Source of the DNA: Curvularia clavata
Lineage: Eukaryota
DNA: 64,000 nucleotides
NCBI GenBank assembly: GCA_023920165.1
Contig: CP089279.1
Location: 2,418,001-2,482,000 of the forward strand
Reading direction: 5' to 3'
A program made the position numbers and the translations under genes. Under the pieces are notes generated by a model. The model made no database searches and was not told where the DNA came from. It was given only the letters and a program-made list of their open reading frames with translations. Below, piece by piece: positions 24,135 through 36,615 of the stretch (its first letter is position 1; each line of letters starts with the position of its first letter).

Positions 24135-27100
24135 ATGCCACACTCTGAGTCGCCAACTATGGCTCCTGCTATCGTCGTCGACAAGGCTGGCGCTAGCCCT
24201 GCGCCCTCGCAAGAAGACGTCGCTGCCTTTATCAGCAGCATCGTCACGGCAAAGACATCGCACGCTTCGGTCGACGCCGCCTACGCTCTTACCACGCTTC
24301 TCCAGAACTCGGTCGGTTTCCGCGGCCTTTATGGTTATGGCATAATCGATGAGATCAAGAAATCCGCCACCAACAAGAAGGATGCTGTGCGAAGAGAGGG
24401 CGCCATGAACGCTCTTGGCGCTCTCTTTGAGCGATTTCCACGCACGCAGCGCATCACAGAGGCCATCTTTCTCGTTCAGGAGCAGGGCCTAGTGCCTATG
24501 GCACTCGACCTGATGGCGGACAAGACTGGCTCCGTCAAGGAGTCGGCCAAGTATGCGCTCGATGCCCTCTTTGACAACTTGGGCGCTGAGGCCAAGGTCT
24601 TCGGCCTCCTCCCTGTACTCACAGCGTACCTGGGAAAGAAGTCTGGAAAGTGGCAGGGTGCTGCTTTCGCATACGAGATCATCGGCCGCATGGCTGACAA
24701 GGCCAAAATGGGCATGGAGAGCTTCGAGATTGAGAAGGAGAAGGACGTTCTGCGTGAAGCCATGGGCAAGAAACTCGAGGGTCTCATTCCCGTTGTCGAG
24801 TCTGGAATGCACGACCTCAAGTCAGAGGTATGACATCTCTCCCTGGGATGAGCGACAAGTTACTGACCATGATCAGGTTGCAAAGCAAGCAGTCAAGACT
24901 ATGAACAGTCTCACTACCCTCCTCCAAAACGACGACATCGCACCCCGGATACCCCTGCTTGTCAAGGCTATTGAGGACCCATCCACACAGAGTCTGCAGA
25001 AGGCCATCCATGCCCTTTCACAAACGACCTTCGTTGCTGTGGTCACATCCCCCGTTCTGGCCATGGTCACTCCCCTGCTTGAGCGTTCCTTGAACACGCC
25101 CACAACCACCCAAGAAGTCACTCGTCAGACAGTAGTCGTCGTCGAAAACTTGACCAAGCTCGTCCACGACCCTATCGAGGCTCGCACTTTCCTGCCCAAG
25201 CTCCGCCCTGGTGTGCAGGCTGTCAAAGATCGCGCGTCTTTACCTGAAGTCCGTGAAATCGGACAACGCGCCCTGGACGTTATTGAGAAAGCCATGGCCG
25301 ACCCTGAGCACAGCGGTGCTAATGCCCGCGTCCAGCCATCAGAGGTTCAGCAGGCGCTGGACAAGGAAATTGCTGCCAACGGTAACATGCTCAACTTCCC
25401 TGGCGACGCCGAGACTTGGAAACCTACCAAAGGCTACATTTCGGAGATGATCGCCGAGGTTGTGAGCCAGAGAGAGATTTCCCGCATTCCTCAGCTCATT
25501 GCACCCTACCTGGAGCCTTTAATGAACGATGGGGATGCCAAAAAGGTCGCAGAGGCTGTGCACAAGTTTTATTCTGACGAGGACAAGCGCAAGTTTGGCG
25601 AACCTGCCAAGGAGGACGATGGAGAGACTGAGATTGTCAATGCTGTCTTCTCTCTTGGTTACGGTGGTATGTTGCTTCTTTCGCACACCAACCTCCGTCT
25701 ACTTAAGGGCCACCGTTATGGACTCTGCGGTCGCAACGGTGCCGGAAAGTCTACGCTGATGCGCAGTATTGCAAGCGGCAAGTTGGAAGGTTTCCCATCT
25801 CAGGATGAGGTCAAGACATGCTTTGTCGAGCACAACCAGGGCGAAGACGCCGATCTCTCCATTCTGGAATACATTGTCCGAGACCCGCGTTTCGCAAATG
25901 AGAGCAGGGAGCGCATTTCCGAAGTTCTGGAAGAAGTCGGCTTTACCGCTGGACCCGAAGGCAGGCAATCGCACAAGGTCGGTTCTCTCTCTGGAGGTTG
26001 GAAGATGAAGCTGGCTTTGGCCCGTGCCATGCTTATGCGCGCCGACGTGCTTCTTCTCGACGAACCCACTAACCACTTGGATGTCGCCAATGTCGCGTGG
26101 CTCGCGAATTACCTCAAGTCGCATTCTGAGGTCACCAGCTTGATCGTCTCCCACGACTCTGGTTTCCTTGACGAAGTCTGCACAGACATCTACCACTACG
26201 AGAACAAGAAGCTGGTATGCTACAAGGGAAACTTGGCCGACTTTGTTCGACAGAAGCCCGAAGCCAAGAGCTACTACACTCTGTCGGCTACCCAGGTCCA
26301 ATTCAAATTCCCTCCTCCCGGTATCCTCACGGGTGTCAAGTCCAACACTCGTTCCATTCTGCGCATGACCAACTGCACGTACACCTATCCTGGAGCATCC
26401 AAGCCTTCGCTTGTTGACGCTTCATGCAGTTTGTCTCTGTCTTCTCGAGTGGCCATTATTGGTGCCAATGGTGCTGGTAAATCTACGCTTATCAAGATGC
26501 TTACGGGAGAGACTATTCCTCAAGAAGGAACTGTCGAGAAGCATCCTAACTTGCGTATTGGTTACATCAAGCAACACGCTCTCGAGCACGTTGAGATGCA
26601 TTTGGAGAAGACACCCAACCAGTACCTGCAGTGGCGATATGCCAATGGTGATGACCGTGAGGTGCTCATGAAGCAGACCCGTGTTCTCACTGCCGAAGAC
26701 AAGGCGCAGATGGAGACTCCCATTGACCTTGGTGACGGCAGAGGTCCCCGCAAGATTGAGGCGCTCATTGGTCGCTCCAAGCACAAGAAGTCCTTCCAGT
26801 ACGAGGTCAAGTGGCTCCACATGCTGCCCAAGTTCAACTCGCACATCTCGCGTGAGACCCTGATCGAGAAAGGTTTCACCAAGCTTGTCCAGGAGTTTGA
26901 TGATCATGAGGCTTCCCGTGAGGGTCTCGGTTACCGTGTCCTTGAGCCCAAGGTCATCTCCAAGCACTTTGAGGATCTGGGCTTGGACCCTGAGATTGCG
27001 AACCACAACGAGATCTCCGGTCTCTCTGGAGGACAGAAGGTCAAGGTCGTGCTTGGTACGTACTCCCCCATTTCGCTATTCTGATGAATTGCTGCTAACA

Positions 27101-27645
27101 TATGCACAGCCGGTGCCATGTGGAACAACCCGCATCTTCTCGTCCTTGACGAGCCTACTAACTTCTTGGATCGTGACTCTCTTGGTGGTCTTGCGGTTGC
27201 CATTCGTGACTACAAGGGCGGTGTCATTATGATTTCTCATAACGAAGAGTTTGTTGGTGCCCTCTGCCCCGAACAGTGGCATGTTGCCGACGGCCGCGTC
27301 ACACACAAGGGCCATCTTGCCGTCAACATGGACCGCTTTGAGGACTCGCGCCCGGGATCCAGCAATGTCAGCAGCAATGTCAGCTCGGCGGCCCCATCTA
27401 CCAATGGTACTCCTGTCATGAGTGAGGCCGAGGGCAAAGACGACATGAAGTTCAGGGCCAGGAAGAAGAAGAAGATGACCAAGAAGGAACTCAAGGAGAG
27501 GGAGGTCAGGAGAAGATTGAGATACATTGATTGGTTGAACAGCCCCAAGGTATGTTGCTCTTCTTTTATGAGACGTTTCGACAAATGCTAACGAAGTGGC
27601 TAGGGCACTCCCCAACCTCCCAACACGGATGATGAGGCTGAATAA
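24135..27645 (+). CDS. NEW1: New1/Elf1 ABCF ATPase, eEF3 paralogue (HEAT region, two ABC cassettes, chromodomain insert), ~1117 aa, 4 exons
   Basis: Exons 24135-24827, 24877-27055, 27110-27549, 27604-27645 (alternative ATG 24159). Walker A GRNGAGKST and GANGAGKST, LSGGWK/LSGGQK, LLLDEPTN; insert KKSFQYEVKW..FDDHEASREGLGYR and C-terminus RRRLRYIDWLNSPKGTPQPPNTDDE are New1/Elf1-type rather than eEF3-type. Confidence 0.92.
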
Positions 27646-27868
27646 ATGTGTTCATGACTCTTTGGTTTTCCGGTCGCATGATGATATCTTAGACTTTGCA
27701 GACTTGCATGATCCGGCGTTATATAGAGGTGGGGGGATGAGTGCGTTTTTCTGCACCAAGCGATAGATGGCATGTTCTCTCGTTTGGTGAAGTTCTCATT
27801 TATGACCAAAAGTAGATTTTTATCATTATACACGTTATTTTGCAGATTTTCTGATGTATAGAGTGCCT

Positions 27869-27937
27869 TGTGAATGGGTCTGTGAATGGGTCTGTGATTG
27901 GGTCTGTGATTGGGTCTGTGATTGGGTCTGTGATTGG
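27869..27937. repeat. 12-bp minisatellite TGTGA(A/T)TGGGTC x5.75
   Basis: Units start at 27869, 27881 (TGTGAATGGGTC), 27893, 27905, 27917 (TGTGATTGGGTC), with a partial unit at 27929. Confidence 0.97.
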
Positions 27938-28274
27938 TGTTGTATGCGTGACTATTTCATCAAACATTGGTTCACATACTGACAACTCTGGCGATCAACC
28001 ACAATATTATCCACATGGATGCGGAAGTTTTTTTTTTTTTGAAAAAAAAATACATACAACTTCACGCATTCGAGATGCCACCTCGTATATGCTGGAGCGA
28101 TGTATGGACTCGAGACAGGCATAGGTAAGGAGTGTTTGCACGTTCCCTTCACTCCTCTCACTTGGGCGGCTCTCGAGGCGCTCCTACCTCCTGCCATCTA
28201 AGTCCACCATCACCAGTGTTTCTCCCACTATCTTTCTTCCACCACGGCCATAACACTCGCTTACCAACTTCTCA

Positions 28275-28963
28275 ATGAAACTCCTCGCCGCCCTGGTGTA
28301 CGCTGCGTTGCTTCCGCTAGCTACCACATATCCTACACCCACCAACTCAACCAGCGCTAGTACCTCAAACTGCAAAAGCAGCGGAGAGCTTGTGTAAGTC
28401 GTTCCACTCACTTCCTTGGACCGGGCACCGAGACTTGATACTGCAGATACCAGCACGCAGACAGCGAAAATGATACTCACGCTGGCAACACCACTCCTGC
28501 CTTTGTAACTCGCGTATTGAAGGGTAGCTTCTCGACAACAGAGTGTTGTATCGATGGAGAGACCGAGTACGTACATTCACCAATACCGCATTGAAGACAT
28601 CCTGCTAACACTTCTTCTTTCCCTGCTTTTAGCTATGATTACTTCAACGATGTCGGCATCACTGCACATCCTCTTGCGCCTTCTATCACACGAACGGTAT
28701 CCTGGGATGTCGAGGGTATGCCTAGCGCAGTGTGTGTGATGCAGACAGCACGTCTGGTTGTAGACAAGAGAGACACCACTGGTCAAGAAGAGCATGAAAA
28801 CAAGAGGTATGAGTGCTCGGATAGTCGCATCGGAGTCCTGGTGTGCAGATATGGTTTCTGTGCTATTGACTTTTATTGTGAACAGGGGATGAGATGTAGT
28901 GATGCGTGTGCTTGCTGTAAGGATGCGAGTGTGGTGGAGATGGAGACGGGTGTGGTTGCATGA
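28275..28963 (+). CDS. Small secreted cysteine-rich protein (189 aa, 12 Cys, 3 exons) with two KR sites before an 8-Cys C-terminal domain; effector/antimicrobial candidate
   Basis: Exons 28275-28393, 28447-28566, 28633-28963; introns GTAAGT..CAG and GTACGT..GCTAAC..TAG join phase-consistently into one stop-free frame: MKLLAALVYAALLPLATTYP...VVDKR DTTGQEEHENKR YECSDSRIGVLVCRYGFCAIDFYCEQGMRCSDACACCKD... Confidence 0.8.
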
Positions 28964-29303
28964 GTGGTGGAAGATTTACTATGTAAAGACTCTATTTTCT
29001 AAGCTTGATGTTATGAGTAACCATGCCCGCAAGTGGAAGTGGGAGGTATTCTGCCGTTGATATTTCGCGGCGGATGAGCTCGTACATAATATGATATCTG
29101 GAAATCAGATCAAGTGTCCCTGATTTATGCCTTACGCAGTTACGTCCTTGTCCAATTCAGGGGCGGAGACTCAGATTGACTACAAGTCGCTTGCCTCGCT
29201 AACTATGTGAATTGGTTTTTAACACTCAAATTGCGAGGAAAGACATGAAGTCGAAATAATTACTTTTTTGCCCTATCTAGGCAGGTCTACAGGCTCTGCA
29301 AGT

Positions 29304-30832
29304 TTAGTCGCCTCCGTCGCCTGCTTGGCTACTATGTGTGCTTTGTCCAGCTTCGCCCTTCTCAGCACGATCCTCACTTGTTGTTCGACGGCGGACGCCA
29401 GCATTGGCAGAGTGGCTAGGTCTCGGGTGCTCATTGTGTTCGACCAACGGAAAGTGGAGTCCAGGCTTGCTGGCCAGCGCATCTCTAATCTCGTCCACGC
29501 TCTTTGCCGCCCATTCCGCGCTGCCCAAATTGCTCAGCGGGTAGAGGAGCTGGTTGTCTGGGTGCATGACGACTTCCTCGATGGTTGGAGCTGGCTTGCT
29601 CATGATGATGTCAATGTCCTTCCTGATCTGCAGACAGAATGCATCCAGCGGCAAGTCGTTCACGTCGTCACCGAAGGGGTTCTCAATCTCGCGTCCGATA
29701 AGCGCGATGCCGAGGATGATGTAGGCTGCAAAGATGCTTGCTGGGATCGTGATGTATCCCAAGAGCTTGTACAGCTGGAAGGGCAAGAGAAGGATGTAAA
29801 CCCATGTAATTTGGCTGATGGCAATGCTGTAGGCCAACGGCAGTGGAGTGTTTAGAATGCGATCAGTTCCAGCGAGGATGTCGTTGAAGGTGGTGATGGC
29901 GTTGAGGGACTGTGTTTGATAGATGGAGACTTTGAAGGTGCCGTTATCGTAGATCGACTTCATGTAGATACTCAGGTAGCTGAGGATCTCCAAGGGAAGG
30001 TTGCCAAGCGGAACCCGCGAGCGCTTCAACAATTTACGCGGATTAGACTCAGCCATGGGTAGACCGAGAAACTTTCCGGCTGTCTTGAAGACACCGGGCT
30101 TCTTGTTGTCATCCGGTTGATCGGCCTCACGCGCAAAAGTATCCAAGTGGCCGACCAAGTGCTGCAAATCGTCGTAGTGCACGAATGGCTCAAATCGAAG
30201 CTTATGCTTGAGAGCGACAGAGAATGCGGCAATCAGGTTGAGGCAGTTGATTTTAGCAAGAAGATCTTGCTTGCCGAGTTCAGGGTCCGCGCTGTGTCGT
30301 TCGTCGACATGGATCCAGATGAGGCGAGCAAGATTCTGGGATGCAAAATGAAGCTGAGCCCAGTATTTGCGACCGTCGTTGTAGCGCTCGTAAGCTGTAG
30401 AGCTCCTGAAGCTCAGTGCGAGACCGACGACGAAACCAAGAACGGTAAGTAAGAGCTGATTGACACTGACTGAAGGGTGGTTAGCACAAGTTTACATGCT
30501 AATACAACAGACGTAAAAGCATACGGTCGTGTACGAATTTTGATAGCAGCGTAATCATGCTAGACCAGCCGCCTACGAAGAGCAATGGCAAGACCATTTC
30601 TGGTGTCACACTGCCGTGAACGCGGAGGAAGACGGGCCATTTTGAGTGGTGATCAAGGTCGCGCGGTCCAATCTGGTCTATGTTAGTGATTTCAGGGTAC
30701 TACCGCGGAACACAACAGAAGACATACGAAATAATCGTCAAAGTCCTTGTCGGTGTCTTGTTTCTTTGGTGGTGGCGGTCTTGATGCACCACCGTTGGAC
30801 GCACTGGCTGTGCTTTGCGCCTTCTCTGCCAT
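29304..30832 (-). CDS. Bestrophin-like (UPF0187/YneE-type) anion channel, 472 aa, 3 exons
   Basis: Exons 30832-30728, 30672-30525, 30469-29304. Motifs LLTVLGFVVGLALSFRSSTAYERYNDGRKYW, DRILNTPLPLAY, IGREIENPFGDDVNDLPLD. Confidence 0.92.
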
Positions 30833-32352
30833 TGCGACGTATTATCACCTACAGAGGTAAATTTCTTCGCTCATGATTGCAGCACGCGACCACCTCTTCT
30901 TATGTCGCGTGCCCCTATCCCTGGCCGTTTCATTCTGTGTTCTACCGGCCACTAAAAGGCGCGCGGTCTAGGCATGGCGTCTGGGTAGCGCTATCAACGA
31001 CAGAGTTAATTATGGCGATGCTGGAAGCGGCAAGCTCGCGATAGGCGACTCCAATGGAGTGCTACCCCGTGGCGGGAGCGGTACAAGCGTAGCCTTAATT
31101 GAGATGCAGCCCGCCTTGGCAGGGTGCTTTCGCGGGCTTACTGGAGATGCAGAGCTGAGTCGTGGTCGCAGCTGCGCCAGCAAGCTGTGAGCGCACAGAT
31201 TGGATCGCCGGCCAAGACAAACTGTGATTTGTCTGGAATATCCAAGCTTCAGCTGAGCGGGAGAGATGAGACGTTAATCAGCGACTTGGCGGTGTTGTTC
31301 CGCGCAGGTCTCGCCAAAGAACACGCCTCCAGCTCCTTAATATCAGACCAACCACACGGCCCAGACGTTAATCCGCGCCGCCCTAGATTCTGCTTACGTA
31401 CCTACCATTTGCCTGAAAGGCATCAGCGAGTCCTGGTTTAGTTGATGATTTTGCATAAACACGAATACCCAAGTGATTGTGCAATTGTGGGGTGGTGTTG
31501 CAAACCAAAAGAAGAGCTGCTTGCTTGGAGCTCGCATTGCAGTATGGCACCTTGCATGGGCTCTGTTCTTTACAAAAAGAAAAGGCGAAGACTCTTGGCC
31601 ACCTAACCAGATCCCAGCATTATACACATTGTCAGTCCAATTGAATTGTCGCTTCAGGACATGGGTTGAGAGATTTCAAACACGGCGCTGCAGTTGCCTG
31701 AAAGTTGCTGACCAGTCACAGAGAAGTCAATGGCACATGCAAAAGACTGTCTTTGACTAACGATCAAGGACCAAGTTCGCTGGTGGGGAGGAAGCATGAA
31801 AGGAAGCGATCGAGTCGATCTGGCTCACGCCCGCTAGCAGTTGGTGGCGCCAAGCATGTCAGATCGCGGCATTTGAAGCTTAGCGGCTGAACACAGTATT
31901 CACCGTCCTGCTTCGGACCCATCGCGGTGGTGATCCATTGAATGATACCAATGACATGCATGAAAGAAGACGGATCCAACCATATCAATCAAGGTTGAAA
32001 GTTTACCAGAGAACAGCGCAGAAAAGCCGTTACCGGCAGTGAACTGGTGGGGGCTACTCCCGATCCTAGTCTCAGATGGACATCGCGTCCCTGCATACAC
32101 TCGTCATAAAGCCTTTTGAACTGCCCTGCGCATAATGGCACCCACCTGACCAAGGAATGTGAGGTAAATAGCGTCTAAAATGTATCCTGTTACTCACCTG
32201 ACGGGAGTACGTCAGACTTGGGGAAAACTCGACTGTCTTGTTTCCCTTTGTCTTCTTCATTCACTTCTCTAAGCTTCCAGTTAGTGGCTAAACGGCCGAA
32301 TTCCTACTCAGTTTCCCTCGTTCCGGCACGAGGGTCGCTTTTCAACATCACA

Positions 32353-34003
32353 ATGTCGTTCATAACGCATGCAATATCAGACAAACAAACAAATGTCGTC
32401 ATCTTCTCTGCTACAGCCATTGCGCTGTATGGATATGACCAGGGCATGATGTCGCTCATCAACACGAATTACGACTATCTCGAAACTATGGGCCTCTATG
32501 AAGAGTCTCCTGTAGTCGGTGTCATCGTGGCGGTTTACTATCTCGGTTGTGCAGTTGGGGCGGTCCTTTTCTCTAAACTTGCCGATGAGCTGGGGAGGAA
32601 AAAGAGCATCTTCTTCAGTCTGGCCACTGCTTCCTTGGGGAACCTGCTCATGTTTGTCAGTGGCATGGGTGTATTGGGGAAAAGCAGTCAGATCGCGTTG
32701 GGCATCATGTTGGCAGGAAGGGTTGTAATGGGTCTCGGTGTTGGAGGCATCGACGCGGTGATACCGACTTACTCCTCTGAATTGAGCTCAGATGGCTCTC
32801 GTGGCAAAGCATTGGCTCAGGAGTTTCAGTCCAACATCTTCGGCCTGGTGATGGCTTTTGGTATCAATCTCCTCGTCACGATCCTCCTCGGCAAGCAAAA
32901 CCAGTGGGCATGGCGCATCCCGATTATTGTTATGCAGGTTTATCCTGTTCTTCTTATTGCGTTTGTGGAGCGCCTTCCAGAGTCTCCGCGTTGGTTCATT
33001 TTCCATGATCGCCAGGACGATGCAAAGGATGCGCTCGAGGATATTTATGGAGACGAAGGAAAAGATAAGCTTGAAGAGCTCTTGGAGCAACACGACAAGG
33101 AAAAGGACGAAAAAGCCGGTTACATGGATATGCTGACACCCGGTCACCCGCAATTTCATCCCACGATGATCACAGTCATGTCGCAGGTGAATCAAGCGTT
33201 GACAGGATATGGTGCGGTTAGCGTGTATGGACCGCAGATCTTTGAGGTATGTGACTTGGAGTGTGTTAGCCCTAACGCAACAGTATGGTACTAATGTGCG
33301 AGTTTAGTTACTTGGATTCTCAGTCCGCAACTCGGAATATCTCACCCTGGGAAATTACACATCCTACTTTTTTCTCATGACCCTCGCCTGGCTTCTCATC
33401 GACGCCATTGGTCGTCGCAAGATCCTCATCCACGGCTCTGTCATTCTAGCTACTTCCTTTGCGCTACTCGCTCTTTTTGGAGGTCTGGTGGCAAACTCCG
33501 ACTCGTTGCATATTCCGGTCTATATTCCTGGTATCATTGGTACTGTCATTCTCTTCGTAGCTACCGGCGCTTTCGGAATCGGCTGGCTCGCAACTGTTTG
33601 GTTATTCCCGACCGAAGTGTATCCTACCACTGCCCGCGCACAGGGTACTGCCATCTCCGTCATCATCTGGGGTCTGGCGAACTTTGCCATTACATTCCTT
33701 ACGCCTGTGCTCTTTAACAACTTGGATTATTACATTTTCCTCGTGTTTGCGGGTACCAATACGTTTGCCGGCTTGTGGACGTACTTCTATCTGCCCGAGA
33801 CAGGCGGGCGCACTTTTGACGAGAACATGGAGTTCTTCAAGGAGGCGGCGGAACACGGCACCTGGAGGGTTAGCAAAGTGGGCAAGGGCGAGTGGAAGAA
33901 GATGGTCTATCCTGACCCTGAGGGTGAGGGTAATGTGGATGCAGAGCGCGTGCCCTTGTTACAGAGGGTAGAAGACCAGGTTCCTAGTATGAATGGTAGC
34001 TGA
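32353..34003 (+). CDS. MFS sugar porter family transporter, 529 aa, 2 exons
   Basis: Exons 32353-33246 and 33308-34003 (intron GTATGT..CTAAT..TAG). Motifs LYGYDQG, ADELGRK, GRVVMGLGVG, PESPRW, DAIGRR, PTEVYPTTARAQG, LPETGGRT. Confidence 0.95.
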
Positions 34004-35497
34004 GCAACCTAGCCTGCGGCGGGCAGTAGAAGAGTGCACAGACCATTTTCTTCGGTAGGCTCGCATAGATACCGCTTTGTTAGCGATAATTGATCAAAAA
34101 GCGAAAAAGGGTAAACACATCAGTGCCGAGTATATAGAAAAAGCGGCACCACTGCTGAGTATCGCAGTAGAACAAAATTGGATACATAATGATGGAGGCA
34201 CGAGCTATTGTATTGACAAGGGCCACAATCTCAGTCCGGTGCACCTAACGAGCATTCAGCGCCGTCTCCTTGTCACTGAGATAACATAAAAAGCTTGGAT
34301 CTGGGGATTGCTCAGTATGTTGCCGACAATATGTTGACCCGTAGTTGCACCAACCCTCTGTGCTGCGTATTATGGTCCTTTGATTGGCAAACCTGGGAGA
34401 ACTATGTCTGTGTATCGAGATTTGTTCCGATTCACCGGATAGCGTAGAGCGTTTTCCATGAGACGAAGCTTGATGAAGAGTCGATAAGTCGGTATGTGAT
34501 GGAGAAGAAGAGACAGGAGTAGGTAAGCAAAGTGGGCTTGGCTGCATCCAAAGTGGTAAAGACTCCATTTTGATTCGCTGTACGAAAGGGGCCACGGGCG
34601 TGTGTCGTAAACTGACATCTGTATCTTTCGTCATATAAACTTACAAGGCATTAGCAAAGTACCAAAAATTATCGTGTTGCCTATCTAGGCCACCCGTTTC
34701 GCGATTCTCGGAGATCTTCGTTCGGAGTTAACATCGCTCATTCTTTGACCGAAGGCCGAGTAGTCGACCTTAACCCCTTTGTTTCAGGCACCAGCATAAA
34801 GCCTGTCGCTGTTGGTCGAACAATGCAATGTCGGACATGTCGGATATGTTGTCTGTCTCAATCGGACGAAGCTGACGCACTTTGCCCATTGCAAAGTCGG
34901 GAGCACAGGCCAATCAAATGTCGGCGCCCGCTGTCGCAGGAAAGCGATGAAGACCAAAGACGAAGCCTGAAAGCCAGACTAGAATCCTTTGAGGATGGCG
35001 GGTGTTTCTTCGTCCGACTGCGTCCGACAGCTGACGCACGGTGGCGTGCCGCCTACTCTGTGTTGTGTATTCACATAAAGCTTGCAGGCTGCCATGATTG
35101 CAAGTCGCCCATCATCACTGTCCACCAGCATTTCAACTCCGTTAGCTTGAACCCCCACCACATCCCCTGACCGGAAGCGGGAGGAAGCGGGTTCCACACG
35201 TGTTTCGATACTTGTCAAGTCTCTGCGTTGTTACTCGCAAGCATAGCTAGGCCCCGCCCCCACCAATCACATCGAAGGTGTTTGTGAGCAAGCAGAAATA
35301 GGCGTAACGGGGGAGGGCAACGCGGTATATAGTCAAGTCCTTACCCCCCGAGTCTTCATCTGCGCTTGGAGAGTCGCAATTACTGTCTCGTTGCTCCGAT
35401 AAATTGTTGTATCGCCTTTCTGGGAGTAAAGAGAAGCCTGTTGTAAGCTTGTCTTGTCTGCTATCCATCGCCGCCTGAGCACGGACAGCAAATCACC

Positions 35498-35818
35498 ATG
35501 TCAACCACATACCTTTCAATCCACGATCTTTTGCGCATAACATACACCTACGAGATGCAGGCTGTGGAGACTCAGGCGCAGTCCCAGGAACACCTACTTC
35601 GTCCCCGTTCAGACTCTGCATGCTCGGTAAGTTGCCACCGTCCTCTGCTTCGACACAACATCACTGTCCATGTACTAACGTACAAGGCGCAGATGCCAGA
35701 GATATGCGCGCACCTCTCACCACCTAGCCCGATGCTCTCTTCAGCGCTCGCGAACAGAGAAGAACTTGAAACCGACTTCACCGACTTGTTCAGCCAGAAG
35801 AAGAAAGCGAGCGTTTGA
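35498..35818 (+). CDS. Probable small orphan gene (84 aa spliced, 2 exons)
   Basis: Good start context (AATCACCATG); phase-0 intron 35627-35692 with perfect GTAAGT donor, TACTAAC branch (35673-35679) and CAG acceptor. No family recognised. Confidence 0.5.
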   Translation: MSTTYLSIHDLLRITYTYEMQAVETQAQSQEHLLRPRSDSACSVSCHRPLLRHNITVHVLTYKAQMPEICAHLSPPSPMLSSALANREELETDFTDLFSQKKKASV

Positions 35819-36450
35819 GCGAGTAGCGTTTTGCTCACCCTTGGACCGAGTTTCGAGGATAGACAGAAGCAGCGGCGCCGAGGAGGACCTATAGCCTTCA
35901 CAAAAGAACTCCCGTCTGAGGAATGAGGGGAACTGAGTAGTGGTGGACTATGCCCCCTTGTTCTCTCGACACAATGTCAACGGGGGCAAGGGCATGTCGC
36001 GCTGCGCCGACTCTACTCCTACGCCGCTGGCCTTTCCAGACCTGCCGCTTTCCAATCGGGGATAGAAGTAGTGAATTCTGTATTGGCCTCTTACCGAACA
36101 TGTGACATATCCGCGACGACTTCAAGTCTATAACTATTCCTCTATCGTGCTCTCCGCTCACACAAGAAACGGAAAGCTGGGTCACAAGAGAACTGCAGAC
36201 CGTAGGGGATGCTATTTCCACGCACATCGGGCCGAGCTCGCACGCGCGTCGCTTGTTGCGTGAGAGGAAGAAGGAGGAAGGAGCTGATGTTGGGTAGGAT
36301 AAAGCAACGGGTCGGCTTTCGTATATAGTTCCTGGGGTACGCGCCTTGCGAGGCAGCGTCTGTTTGAATGGAAGAAATGTACGCAACTGAACTGTGTATC
36401 TTGTTGTAGTACTCTGACGTTATTACTTTCCCTGTTTCTTCTTCCTCGAA

Positions 36451-36615
36451 ACAAGCTTGACAAAGTGAAGCGGGGAGCTGTAAATGTCTTCCGTGTTAAA
36501 ATCTTTGGCTGTTTTATGACGCGCGCCCGCAGTTACAATGGACAATCTCAGGCAATACTGGCTGCCCAAGGACAGCGCAACCGCATGAAGCATACGTAGT
36601 GACCTGTTTACCCAT
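36451..36615 (-). pseudogene. Possible disrupted small Cys-rich (zinc-binding-like) gene
   Basis: From ATG 36615: MGKQVTTYASCGCAVLGQPVLPEIVHCNCGRAS*NSQRF*HGRHLQLPASLCQAC(FEEEE...); CxC..CxC..CxxC in one frame with two TAA stops (36516-36514, 36498-36496). Confidence 0.3.

Noticed and set aside
25699..27615. Long minus-strand ORFs (200, 194, 179 aa)
   Set aside because: Antisense shadows caused by the codon bias of NEW1.
24135..27645. Call as elongation factor eEF3 (YEF3/TEF3)
   Set aside because: Insert and C-terminal motifs match New1/Elf1.
29268..29855. 195-aa plus-strand ORF
   Set aside because: Antisense to the bestrophin-like exon.
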